A DNA stretch of 42,545 nucleotides from an uncultured Erysipelotrichaceae bacterium (GCA_902797275.1 CADBSI010000024.1:1-42545); one strand, 5' to 3'. Positions 18,835 through 28,293 are shown, counted from the first letter of the stretch. Notes: generated from the sequence alone by a model not told the origin. Program-made: numbers and translations.

Positions 18835-19599
18835 TTAACTTAAGGCATAATCAAGTCTTAACTTATCAGCAACTGTTATAATAAACTCTGAATTAGTAGG
18901 TTTAGATTTATCAATATCAACACTATAACCAAATATTTCTTGCATATAATCCCAGTTGCCTCTATTCCAACTTATTTCAATAGCATGTCTAATTGATCTT
19001 TCAACCCGAGATACGGTTGTATTAAAATTATCAGCTATCTTAGGATATAATTCTTTCGTTATTCCACTTGAAATATCTGGATGAAATAATATTTCGGTTA
19101 TTCCTTCTCTTATGTAAGAATAACCTTTAATGTGAGATGGAACTCCAAGTTCATGTAAAACTTTAGTAATTGCAATTTGTAAATTATTATGATATAAATC
19201 AATTGTTCTTGACTTAGTACTAATTGTGTTAGTACACTCAAGTATTTTCTTTTCAAGCTCTGGTAATTCAAATGGTTTAAGCATGAAATAATTAACATTT
19301 AAACTAGCAACTTTTCTTATTACCTCTTGAGTATTATAAGAAGTTAAAACAATTACTTTTGGTAAGTTTTCAATATTCTTGATATCTTCAAGAACTGATA
19401 TACCATCTTTTTTAGGCATAATTAAATCTAATAAAATAAGATCATAATTACCAAGATTTTCCTTAATTAATTTTACTCCTTCAATACCATTATTAGCAAC
19501 ATAGCTAATACTAATTACTGCGTGACTACTAAAATACTCCTTTACCATATCGACAAGTTGAACATTGTCGTCTACCATAAGTACTCTAATTTTATTCAT
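18835..19599 (-). CDS. spo0A: Sporulation master response regulator Spo0A
   Basis: 254 aa. CheY-like receiver (MVDDN..., LLDLIMPKKDG). Diagnostic Spo0A C-domain blocks GVPSHIKGYSYIREGI, ITKELYPKIADNFNTTVSRVERSIRHAIEISW, KPTNSEFI. Confidence 0.95.
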   Translation of the reverse strand: MNKIRVLMVDDNVQLVDMVKEYFSSHAVISISYVANNGIEGVKLIKENLGNYDLILLDLIMPKKDGISVLEDIKNIENLPKVIVLTSYNTQEVIRKVASLNVNYFMLKPFELPELEKKILECTNTISTKSRTIDLYHNNLQIAITKVLHELGVPSHIKGYSYIREGITEILFHPDISSGITKELYPKIADNFNTTVSRVERSIRHAIEISWNRGNWDYMQEIFGYSVDIDKSKPTNSEFIITVADKLRLDYALS

Positions 19600-19675
19600 A
19601 ATATTCCTTTCTTACTGCACGCACTACTATGATTAGATTATATAATAATCTACAAATTTTTTAAAGACCTTTTTT

Positions 19676-19692
19676 TGTCGAATTTTGTCGAT
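19676..19692. promoter_or_regulatory. Two tandem 0A-box-like heptamers upstream of spo0A
   Basis: TGTCGAA (19676-19682) and TGTCGAT (19686-19692) are direct repeats spaced 10 bp apart. They lie 77-93 bp upstream of the spo0A ATG. The second touches the tpiA stop codon. Confidence 0.5.
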
Positions 19693-20396
19693 TATTTTAT
19701 TTTACTTGTTAAATCAAGGAAACTTTTAGCATCTAGGGAAGCATTTCCTATTAAATAACCATCTAAATTACTAATTTTTTCTAGGTTACCAATATTATTT
19801 AAATTAACACTTCCACCATATAAAACTTTAATATCTAAAAGATAAGTATTTTTTAAATAACTTTTAATATATGTAATAATATTTTCAATTTCTTTAATAT
19901 CTAAAACTTTATTAGTTCCAATTGAAAAAATAGGTTCATATGCAATTATAATTTCATTATTTAAAAGAGTTATATTATTTTCTAAAGCTTCATCTAATTC
20001 GTCTTTTAAAACTTTTTTAGTTAAATTATTATTATATTCTTCTTCTGTTTCTCCTACACAGATAATTGGAATAATATTATTTTTTAAAGCAAGATTTACT
20101 TTATCACTTATATATTTACTATCATTAAAATATTTTCTTCTTTCTGAGTGTCCTATTAAAACATATTTAATATTAAAATCTAAATATTGTTTAATAGAAG
20201 TATCTCCAGTAATAGAACCTATTTCTTTAAAAGAAATATCTTGAGAACCTATATTATATTTACTAAAATAAGGAATATATAAATTACTTGGAAAAAAGAT
20301 AACATTATTAATTTTTTTATTATCTATTTCTTTTAAATAATTATCTATTTCTTTTTTAGTTAAATTCATTTTAAAATTAGCAGCAATTATTTTCAT
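19692..20396 (-). CDS. tpiA: Triose-phosphate isomerase
   Basis: 234 aa. ANFKMN, IGHSERR, AYEPIFSIGT and YGGSV blocks. The start overlaps the upstream stop (ATGA). Confidence 0.85.
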   Translation of the reverse strand: MKIIAANFKMNLTKKEIDNYLKEIDNKKINNVIFFPSNLYIPYFSKYNIGSQDISFKEIGSITGDTSIKQYLDFNIKYVLIGHSERRKYFNDSKYISDKVNLALKNNIIPIICVGETEEEYNNNLTKKVLKDELDEALENNITLLNNEIIIAYEPIFSIGTNKVLDIKEIENIITYIKSYLKNTYLLDIKVLYGGSVNLNNIGNLEKISNLDGYLIGNASLDAKSFLDLTSKIK

Positions 20397-21526
20397 TTAA
20401 GTTCTCCTTCGACTAAATTAAATAATTTTTCAACTGATTTATTCTCTTCATAATATTTTAAATTTTTATACATGTCTTTAACTATATCAGGATTATTTTT
20501 AATTTTTTTCATTACTCTAGTAAAACCAAAGGGATTATGAATCCAAATACCAAATTTATTTTTAGTTACAAATTTAGCATTATAGTTTTCTTGACCACCA
20601 TTTCCTGGTATTAAAATCATTGGTGTTTTCATTTCTAACGCTTCGGTAACTGATAATCCACCTGGTTTGGTTATCACAAGATTTGCTATATTAAGTAAAT
20701 TAGAAACATCACTTGTAAAACCTAAAACAGTTATATTTTTAATATTTTCTTCTTCAATATAATTATTTACTTTATTTTGTAATTCAACATTTTTACCAGA
20801 AACAAAGATTATATTATAATCTAAATTAAGTTTTAAAAGAGCTTTTAAATATTTAAAAGAAAAGCTAGAACCCATTGATCCTCCTCCAAAGAAAAGAATA
20901 ATTGGTTTATCGTTTGTAATATCATATTTAATTTTAACTTTATTTTTATCATCTAATTTTTTAAATTTAGATGATAAAGGTATTCCAAAGGGACAAATTT
21001 TCTTTTCATCTACACCAAATTTTAATAATTCTTGTTTTACTATATCGTTGCTAACAACGATGTAATCTTCATATTTATGATTTTGAAGCCACATACAATT
21101 AGAACTATAATCAGTTACAATAGTAATAATTTTAGTATCGGTGTGATATTTTTTATTGATACTACCCATCATTATCCCACCAAAGAAATGGGTTGCTATT
21201 AAAATATCAGGATTGTATTCTAGTAAATCACTTTGAAGTTTTTTATTTAAACATGCTTTGGTATATATTCTATATGGTTTAGTAATAATTTTGTTATCAG
21301 TTAGCTCATAACTAATAGTTGAAGGAATGCTATTTGGAATTATAAAATTAATATTAAAAATTTTAACGGTTAACCTTCCTAATAAACTAGCATAGTCCAT
21401 AACATCAATTACTTTAACCTCGTATTTATCATCTCCATGTTCTTTAAAATAATCATAAATATAGTTAGCAACAGTTTTATGACCTGATCCATATGATGCA
21501 TATGTAATTAATATTTTCTTTTTCAT
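20393..21526 (-). CDS. GT28-family diacylglycerol glycosyltransferase (UgtP/MGDG-synthase-like)
   Basis: 377 aa. N-terminal ILITYASYGSGHKTVA matches the UgtP/YpfP-type start. C-terminal GT28 region ITKPGGLSVTEALEMKTPMI. ATGA overlaps with both pgk and tpiA. Confidence 0.7.
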   Translation of the reverse strand: MKKKILITYASYGSGHKTVANYIYDYFKEHGDDKYEVKVIDVMDYASLLGRLTVKIFNINFIIPNSIPSTISYELTDNKIITKPYRIYTKACLNKKLQSDLLEYNPDILIATHFFGGIMMGSINKKYHTDTKIITIVTDYSSNCMWLQNHKYEDYIVVSNDIVKQELLKFGVDEKKICPFGIPLSSKFKKLDDKNKVKIKYDITNDKPIILFFGGGSMGSSFSFKYLKALLKLNLDYNIIFVSGKNVELQNKVNNYIEEENIKNITVLGFTSDVSNLLNIANLVITKPGGLSVTEALEMKTPMILIPGNGGQENYNAKFVTKNKFGIWIHNPFGFTRVMKKIKNNPDIVKDMYKNLKYYEENKSVEKLFNLVEGELK

Positions 21527-22671
21527 ATATTAACACCTGGTAATTCTTTTCCTTCCAAATATTCTAAAGAAGCTCCTCCACCGGTTGAAATATGCGTAAA
21601 TTTATCTTTATAACCCATATTAATAACACATGAAGCAGAGTCTCCTCCTCCAACAATGCTAGTTGCATCTAACTTACTAATAACTTCACATAAGAACTTA
21701 GTTCCTTCTTGATAAGAAGGGTTTTCATAATAACCCATTGGTCCATTCCAAAAAATAGTTTTACTTTTTTCAAGATAACTTTTAAATAATTTTTCTGTTT
21801 CTGGTCCAATATCAAGACCAATTTCTTCATCACCAATATTTTTAGTAATAGTTCTAGTTCCATCAATTTCTAAAGCAACAACATGATCAACTGGTAAAAT
21901 AATTTTCTTGATTGGAAGAGTTTTAACAAAACTAATAGCATCATCATCAACTAAAGATTTTCCAACGTTTATTCCTTTAGCCTTTAAAATTGTATAAGCC
22001 ATAGCTCCTCCGACTAAAATATAATCAGCTTTTTTACTTAAATTTTCAATGGTTTTTAATTTATCACTTAACTTAGATCCTCCTAAAATAATAATAAAAG
22101 GATGACTTGGATTATTTTTAATTTTATCAAGTTCTTCAATTTCTTTTAAAACTAAAAATCCTAAACAACTTGGTAAATGCTTACTTATTCCAACGTTAGA
22201 AGCGTGTTTTCGATGACATGTACCAAAAGCATCATTTATAAAAATATCACCTAAACTGGCCCAGTAAGAACTAAGTGTATCATCACAACTACTTTCTAAT
22301 TTACCATTCAAATCTTCAAACCTAGTATTTTCAAGTAAAACTATATCTTTATTTTTCATATTTTTAACAACATCATCTACAATTTTACCCCTCGTTTCAG
22401 GAATAAATATTACTTCTTTATTTAAAAGTTCACTTAAACGAATACTAATAGGTTTTAAAGAATATTTAACTTTATCTTCTTCCGTTTTAATTTTACCAAG
22501 ATGTGATAATAAAATAATTTTACAATTATTATCTAAACAATAATTAATAGTTTTTAAACTTTCTTTAATTCTATTATCATCAACTATAACTCCATCTTTG
22601 ATAGGAACATTAAAGTCAACTCTAATAATAACAGTTTTATTTCTTAAATTAGTTTCATCTATTCTTATCAT
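21523..22671 (-). CDS. pgk: Phosphoglycerate kinase
   Basis: 382 aa. RVDFNVP, SHLG, FGTCHR and ISTGGGASLEYLEGK blocks. AAGAGGA RBS. Confidence 0.9.
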   Translation of the reverse strand: MIRIDETNLRNKTVIIRVDFNVPIKDGVIVDDNRIKESLKTINYCLDNNCKIILLSHLGKIKTEEDKVKYSLKPISIRLSELLNKEVIFIPETRGKIVDDVVKNMKNKDIVLLENTRFEDLNGKLESSCDDTLSSYWASLGDIFINDAFGTCHRKHASNVGISKHLPSCLGFLVLKEIEELDKIKNNPSHPFIIILGGSKLSDKLKTIENLSKKADYILVGGAMAYTILKAKGINVGKSLVDDDAISFVKTLPIKKIILPVDHVVALEIDGTRTITKNIGDEEIGLDIGPETEKLFKSYLEKSKTIFWNGPMGYYENPSYQEGTKFLCEVISKLDATSIVGGGDSASCVINMGYKDKFTHISTGGGASLEYLEGKELPGVNI

Positions 22672-22861
22672 ATATCCTCTTTTCTACTTAATTATAACAT
22701 TTATTAATATTAGTAGCAATAAAACAAAAATTAATTGACAAAAAAACGTTAAAAAAACAAAAATAAATACTTAAAAATGTGTTAAAAAATGTCTAAATTT
22801 GTCTATTTTGTAAATTTACAAAAAATTAAAATAATTCGTATATATTATATTAGGAGGTAAT

Positions 22862-24379
22862 ATGAAAGACTTAATAAATGATGCTTTCTTTGATAATATA
22901 AATGGTTATAAACTAGATATTAATCAAAGAAAAATAATAACAGATAATAAAACAAATATTTTAGTAGTAGCAGGAGCAGGATCTGGTAAAACTTTAACTA
23001 TAGTTGGAAAAATAAAATATTTAATAGAAAAATTAGGTGTTAATAAAGAAGATATTTTATGTATTTCTTTTACAAATGAAACGGTTAATAGTTTAAAACA
23101 AAAATTAAATTTAGAAATAGATATTTATACATTTCATAAACTAAGTTTAGAAATATTAAAAAATAATCATGAATATTTTAAAATAACAGAAAGTGATTAT
23201 TTAGAATATATAGTAAATGAATTCTTTGAAAGTATTATATATAATACTAATTTAATTAAATATGTAATTGGTTATTTTAAATATTATATAAAAGAAGATC
23301 TAAACTATGAATTATTAAAAACTATTTATTTAAAAGAATTTATATCATATAAAAAACTAATAATTAAGTTTATTAATATGATTAAAAGTAATGATCATAA
23401 TACTTATAATTTTAAAAAATATTTAAAAAGAAATAGATATATTTTTAATTTTAAAAAACAATATAAAAACAAATGTTTTTTAGTAATACTATTTACTATA
23501 TATAAAATATATTTAGAAGAATTAAATAGTAGTTTAGAAATAGATTTTGATTTAATGATAACTAAGGCTTATTATAGTATAAAGAAAAAGGGTATGAAAA
23601 GATATTACAAATATATAATAATAGATGAATTTCAAGATACTTCAATTACTAGATATAATTTAATTAAAGCTATTCAAGAAGAGTGTGATAGTAAAATTTT
23701 TTGTGTAGGTGATGATTTTCAATCTATTTATAGGTTTTCTGGTTGTACTCTTGATTTATTTGTTAATTTTAAAAAGTATTTTCAAGATAGTAAAGTTATG
23801 TATATTAATAAAACTTATAGAAATTCTAAAGAATTAGTTTCAATTGCTTATCATTTTATTATTAAAAATAAGTATCAGTTATCCAAGAAAATTGAAACAA
23901 TTAAAAGATTAAAAAATCCAGTTAAATTAATATATTATACTAAAAGTAATTATCAATATAGATTTATAAGACTACTTGATTATTTAGATAAAATAGGTAA
24001 AAAAGAAGTTTTAATACTTGCTAGGTGTAATCATGATTTAAAAAATGCTTATGAAAATGTTGTAAATAATTGTTTTAAGTACAAGAATTTAAATTTAAAG
24101 TTTTTAACAGTTCATACATCTAAAGGTTTAGAAAGTGATACAGTTATTGTTTTAAATTTAACAGATGATGTTTTAGGTTTTCCTAATAAATTAGAAGATG
24201 ATGAGGTGTTAAAGTTATTTTTTAAAAATAAAGAAAAGTATTTATATTCTGAAGAAAGAAGACTTTTTTATGTTGCTTTAACAAGAACAAAGAATGATGT
24301 TTATTTAATGACATGTAAAAATCATGAATCAAAGTTTGTTCTTGAAATTAAGAATAAATTAGAAGTAATTGATGTTTAA
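22862..24379 (+). CDS. UvrD/Rep-superfamily (helicase IV-like) DNA helicase, compact form
   Basis: 505 aa. Walker A AGAGSGKT, motif II IIIDEFQDTS, VHTSKGLE and LFYVALTRTKN. No extra N-terminal domain is visible. AGGAGG RBS. Confidence 0.7.
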   Translation: MKDLINDAFFDNINGYKLDINQRKIITDNKTNILVVAGAGSGKTLTIVGKIKYLIEKLGVNKEDILCISFTNETVNSLKQKLNLEIDIYTFHKLSLEILKNNHEYFKITESDYLEYIVNEFFESIIYNTNLIKYVIGYFKYYIKEDLNYELLKTIYLKEFISYKKLIIKFINMIKSNDHNTYNFKKYLKRNRYIFNFKKQYKNKCFLVILFTIYKIYLEELNSSLEIDFDLMITKAYYSIKKKGMKRYYKYIIIDEFQDTSITRYNLIKAIQEECDSKIFCVGDDFQSIYRFSGCTLDLFVNFKKYFQDSKVMYINKTYRNSKELVSIAYHFIIKNKYQLSKKIETIKRLKNPVKLIYYTKSNYQYRFIRLLDYLDKIGKKEVLILARCNHDLKNAYENVVNNCFKYKNLNLKFLTVHTSKGLESDTVIVLNLTDDVLGFPNKLEDDEVLKLFFKNKEKYLYSEERRLFYVALTRTKNDVYLMTCKNHESKFVLEIKNKLEVIDV

Positions 24380-24403
24380 AATAAAATATGATAATATATT
24401 AAT

Positions 24404-25576
24404 ATGAAAAAAATTACTGTAGGTTTATTTAATGATTCGTTTTTTCCACTTACTGATGGAGTAATAATGGTAGTTGATAATTATGCAAGAAGACTATCCA
24501 ATTTTTGTAATGTAATTGTATTTGTTCCAAATTATTTATTTAGTAAATTTGATGATACAACTCTTCCGTATAAGGTAGTAAGATGTTATTCTGTGGATGT
24601 TCCGTTTCTAGATTATTCTTTACCTATACCAAAACTTGATTATAAATTTATTAGAAATCTTAATAAATATAAATTAGATATTGTGCATATTCATTCACCT
24701 TTTTCTTTAGGAGTAGCAGGACTAAAATATGCTAAACGTCATCATATACCATGTATTGCAACCATGCATTCTCAGTTTAAACAAGATTTTAAAAGGGCTT
24801 TAAAAAGTGAAATGTTAGCTAATAAATTTACTTATAGATTAATGAAAGTTTATAATAAATGTGATTTATGTTTTGCAGTTAACAAAGAAGTTGCTAGAAT
24901 TTATTTTGAAGAATATCATTATAAAACCATGCCACGAGTACTTTTAAATGCAACCGATATGGAACCAATTGAAAATAATAATAAAACTTATAAAGGGCTT
25001 GATAAAAAATATAATATAAAGTGGAACGAAAAAGTATTTTTATTTGTTGGAAGACTTAATATTTTAAAAAATATTTTATTTATAGTTGATAGTCTAAGTG
25101 TTTTAAAAAAGAAAAAGCCAAGTTTAAAATTTAAAATGTTATTTGTTGGAGTAGGACAAGATGAAGATAAATTAAAAGAAAGAATAAAAGAATTAAATCT
25201 TGAAAAAGAAGTTTTATTAGTTGGTAAAATAAAAGATCGAATAGAACTTGCAAGTATTTATAAAAGAGCTGATTTATTTTTATTTCCATCTGTATATGAT
25301 GCATCTTCACTTGTTCAAATAGAAGCAGCTAGTCAAAAAACCCCAGGAGTATTTCTAAAAAATACAGCAACTTCATCTACTATAACTGATAATGTAAATG
25401 GTTTTTTAAGTGATGAAACAGTAGGAGCTTATTCTGATAAAATAATAGAAGTAATGGAAAATAAAGGACTATATAAAAAAGTTTCTGATAATGCTTACTA
25501 TGATTTATATAGATCATGGGACAAAGCAGTTGAAGAAATATATGAGATATACAAAGATTTAATTGATAAAAAATAG
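24404..25576 (+). CDS. GT4 (group 1) glycosyltransferase, glycolipid-synthase-like
   Basis: 390 aa. N-terminal GLFNDSFFPLTDGV resembles alpha-glucosyl-DAG synthase starts. C-terminal FPSVYDASSLVQIEAASQKTP is an E-x7-E type motif. No Shine-Dalgarno sequence is visible upstream. Confidence 0.7.
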   Translation: MKKITVGLFNDSFFPLTDGVIMVVDNYARRLSNFCNVIVFVPNYLFSKFDDTTLPYKVVRCYSVDVPFLDYSLPIPKLDYKFIRNLNKYKLDIVHIHSPFSLGVAGLKYAKRHHIPCIATMHSQFKQDFKRALKSEMLANKFTYRLMKVYNKCDLCFAVNKEVARIYFEEYHYKTMPRVLLNATDMEPIENNNKTYKGLDKKYNIKWNEKVFLFVGRLNILKNILFIVDSLSVLKKKKPSLKFKMLFVGVGQDEDKLKERIKELNLEKEVLLVGKIKDRIELASIYKRADLFLFPSVYDASSLVQIEAASQKTPGVFLKNTATSSTITDNVNGFLSDETVGAYSDKIIEVMENKGLYKKVSDNAYYDLYRSWDKAVEEIYEIYKDLIDKK

Positions 25577-25655
25577 TAACATTCAGTAGCGTTCATTTCT
25601 ATATATAAATATGTATATCCATATAAGTATAAATTTTAAAAATAAATTGAAGAAT

Positions 25656-25687
25656 AGATAAGTGTAAAATTACTTGTCTTTTCTTTT
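25656..25687 (+). terminator. Possible terminator after the GT4 gene
   Basis: AGATAAGT (25656-25663) pairs with ACTTGTCT (25672-25679), with one G-T pair. TTTTCTTTT follows. Confidence 0.4.
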
Positions 25688-25719
25688 GAAATCTTTATAA
25701 TTAAATTAAGAGGTGTTGT

Positions 25720-26337
25720 ATGAATTTAAAATATTTAGGTAGATTAATTGATGAATATAAAAGGGGTTTTAATATTAGTAAGTTTAATTATTTTGATGCA
25801 AACGATTATAAGAAATTTATAATTTGGTTAGAAGATTTAAAACTAAGTAGTTTTCGATATAGGAGTTTTTTAGAAAGTAATAATATTATTAATGCTAGTA
25901 GTTCTTTAGTTGAATTTGGAAAGGGTAAGTATGATACTATTACTGATGTTAGAGATAGGGCAATTTTAATAACTGAATATGCTAGTTCTTTTTCTGATAT
26001 TGGTAAAAGATTAATTATTGATGGATGTGCATCTGATATTAAAGATAAAGTATCTATTAAATTAAATAATAATATGGGAACTTTGACTTTGCATAGACCA
26101 GATATTTTTTTAATTCAAAATCCTACTGAAAATGAATTAGAACTTGCTTATAATTTAATTAGAAATAATTATTTTGTGTGTGTTGGTGCTCATAAAAATC
26201 GGTATGAAAAGAATTATAATGAAGAATTACAAAAATTAAATGAATTAAAAATAGCCTGTAAAAATTATCTTGAAATGTGTGAAAAAACAGATCTTGAAAC
26301 TAGAAATACAGTAGTTTATACTAAAAGGCATAATTAG
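25720..26337 (+). CDS. Hypothetical protein
   Basis: 205 aa. GAGGTG RBS. No recognisable motif. Confidence 0.5.
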   Translation: MNLKYLGRLIDEYKRGFNISKFNYFDANDYKKFIIWLEDLKLSSFRYRSFLESNNIINASSSLVEFGKGKYDTITDVRDRAILITEYASSFSDIGKRLIIDGCASDIKDKVSIKLNNNMGTLTLHRPDIFLIQNPTENELELAYNLIRNNYFVCVGAHKNRYEKNYNEELQKLNELKIACKNYLEMCEKTDLETRNTVVYTKRHN

Positions 26338-26414
26338 TTATATAATTATTTTATAAAATAATGAAAAATGGTTAGAAAATCAACAAAAAATAGTATAAAA
26401 ATATCTAAAAATTG

Positions 26415-26443
26415 TTGACTTTTATAGATAGTTTTTGTATAAT
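26415..26443 (+). promoter_or_regulatory. Consensus sigma-A promoter of rplM-rpsI
   Basis: TTGACT (26415-26420), 17-nt spacer, TGtATAAT (TG 26436-26437, TATAAT 26438-26443). Confidence 0.65.
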
Positions 26444-26449
26444 CTATAT

Positions 26450-26500
26450 CGGTACATTGATTCCCGGGTAGTTTTATGGTGGGAACATAAAACTCTAGAA
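26450..26500 (+). promoter_or_regulatory. Structured 5' leader of rplM (candidate L13-type r-protein leader)
   Basis: A locally GC-richer stretch (GGTACATTGATTCCCGGGTAG) is followed by the hairpin AGTTTTATG (26470-26478), loop GTGGGAA, CATAAAACT (26486-26494). It lies between the promoter and the RBS. Confidence 0.35.
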
Positions 26501-26513
26501 AAAAGGAGAATAT

Positions 26514-26945
26514 ATGAAAAGTTTTATACAAAGAAAAGAAGATGTAGTTCGTTCTTGGTATGTTATTGATGCTAAAGACGAACCACTTGGTCGTGTTGCT
26601 ACACGTGCCGCTCATATTTTAAGAGGAAAGCATAAGGTAACTTATACACCAAATGTTGATTGTGGTGATTATGTTATAATTATTAATGCAAAGAAAGTTA
26701 ATTTAACTGGTAATAAGTTGAATGATAAAATGTATTACAATCATTCAATGTATCCAGGAGGATTAAGAGAAAGAAATGCCAAAGAAATGCGTGAAAGTTA
26801 TCCAATTGAAATGATTGAAAGAGCAGTTAAAGGAATGCTACCTCATAATCGTTTAGGAAGAGCTATGGGTAAAAAATTATTTGTTTATGAAGGTGAAACT
26901 CATCCTCATACAGCTCAAAAACCTACCCAAATAGAAGTTAGATAG
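26514..26945 (+). CDS. rplM: 50S ribosomal protein L13
   Basis: 143 aa. W-Y-VIDA start region, GRVA..A..LRGKHK, HNRLGR blocks. AGGAGA RBS. Confidence 0.95.
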   Translation: MKSFIQRKEDVVRSWYVIDAKDEPLGRVATRAAHILRGKHKVTYTPNVDCGDYVIIINAKKVNLTGNKLNDKMYYNHSMYPGGLRERNAKEMRESYPIEMIERAVKGMLPHNRLGRAMGKKLFVYEGETHPHTAQKPTQIEVR

Positions 26946-26958
26946 GAGATAATAGTAT

Positions 26959-27372
26959 ATGGCAAGAGAATATATGGCTACTGGAAAAAGAAAAGGTAGT
27001 GTTGCAAAAGTTAAATTAACAAATGGAACAGGAAAAATTACTGTTAATGGTCGTGATGTACGTGAATATTTTCCATTTGAAACATTAGTAATGGATTTAG
27101 AACAACCACTAGTATTAACTAATACAAAAGAATTATTCGATGTAGAAGTAGATACTTTTGGTGGAGGATTCAGAGGTCAATCAGGAGCTATTCGTTTAGG
27201 AATTACAAGAGCTTTACTTGAATATGATGAAACTACTAGTAAAGATAGTGAAAATAGTTTAAGAAAATCTTTAAAAGCTGCTGGATTTATTACTCGTGAT
27301 CCAAGAGTTAAAGAACGTAAAAAATACGGTCTTAAAAAAGCTCGTCGTGCTCCACAATTCTCAAAACGTTAG
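26959..27372 (+). CDS. rpsI: 30S ribosomal protein S9
   Basis: 137 aa. [29 protein letters not shown], and the C-terminal [11 protein letters not shown]. Confidence 0.95.
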   Translation: MAREYMATGKRKGSVAKVKLTNGTGKITVNGRDVREYFPFETLVMDLEQPLVLTNTKELFDVEVDTFGGGFRGQSGAIRLGITRALLEYDETTSKDSENSLRKSLKAAGFITRDPRVKERKKYGLKKARRAPQFSKR

Positions 27373-27387
27373 TTTTAGAATAATAAA

Positions 27388-27420
27388 CCTTGTAAACTTT
27401 ATGTTTATGAGGCTTTTTAT
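27388..27420 (+). terminator. Intrinsic terminator after rpsI
   Basis: CCTTGTAAAC (27388-27397), loop TTTAT, GTTTATGAGG (27403-27412) with two G-T pairs, then CTTTTTATTTTT. Confidence 0.6.
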
Positions 27421-27462
27421 TTTTCTTAATATTATATATAATTATTTATAGGGAGAAACAAA

Positions 27463-28293
27463 ATGAATATATTTATAATTAATCCTAAAGCAGGTAATAA
27501 AATGGGACTTGAATTAATACCAGAACTTATGAATTTACCAGATGTTTTAATTCATGTTACAAAAAATAAAGGAGAAGCTATTACTTTTTTAGATGATATA
27601 GTAAAAGAATTTCCTCATTCAATTGTTTATAGTGTAGGAGGGGATGGAACTTTAAATGAAGTTGTAAATGGAATATATGATACAGATTGTAAACTTCATA
27701 TAGTACCATTTGGTTCAGGAAATGACTATTATCGTATAGTTAAAAATATAACTGAACAAAGCGTTGATGTTGGAATGGTTAATGAAAGAAAATTTATTAA
27801 CATTGCTTCTTTGGGAGTAGATGCTGATATTGTAAACCATGTTAATCATGATCGACATATCTTTTTAAAGTATCCAAGAAATATTATAAAAACCTTGGTT
27901 CAATATGAAAAAAAAGAACTCATAGTTGATTCAGAGAAAAAATTAATAAATATTTTAGCTATTTGTAAAGGAAAATATTATGGAAATGGAGTACCTATTA
28001 ATCCTTATTATACTTTAGATGATGGAGTATTTAATTGTTTTACAGCAACAAATTTAAGTAATTTAAAAATGATAAAATGTTTTCTTGAAATATTTAAAGA
28101 AAAACATTTAGACAATAACCATGTTGAAGTATCAAGAATAAAAAATTTAAAAGTTAGTAGTAATTTTCCTATTATGTGTCAAGCTGATGGAGAGGTTTTT
28201 GAAGATACAAACTTTAATTTTCAAGTTATGCCTAAGAAATTAACAATTACTAACAGAATACCAGATAATATAAAAAGAATGATTTATCGTTAA
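27463..28293 (+). CDS. Diacylglycerol-kinase-family lipid kinase (YegS/BmrU type)
   Basis: 276 aa. INPKAG start, GGDGTLNEV motif, D-rich catalytic core. GGGAGA RBS. Confidence 0.75.
   Translation: MNIFIINPKAGNKMGLELIPELMNLPDVLIHVTKNKGEAITFLDDIVKEFPHSIVYSVGGDGTLNEVVNGIYDTDCKLHIVPFGSGNDYYRIVKNITEQSVDVGMVNERKFINIASLGVDADIVNHVNHDRHIFLKYPRNIIKTLVQYEKKELIVDSEKKLINILAICKGKYYGNGVPINPYYTLDDGVFNCFTATNLSNLKMIKCFLEIFKEKHLDNNHVEVSRIKNLKVSSNFPIMCQADGEVFEDTNFNFQVMPKKLTITNRIPDNIKRMIYR

Noticed and set aside
19110-19298. 62-aa minus-strand ORF inside spo0A
   Set aside because: It is an alternative frame of the unmistakable spo0A CDS. No RBS.
21669-21866. 65-aa minus-strand ORF inside pgk
   Set aside because: It is an alternative frame of pgk. 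No RBS.
26346-26615. 89-aa minus-strand ORF overlapping the rplM promoter, leader and start
   Set aside because: It runs antisense across a consensus promoter and the 5' end of rplM. It has no RBS and a nonsense-like composition.
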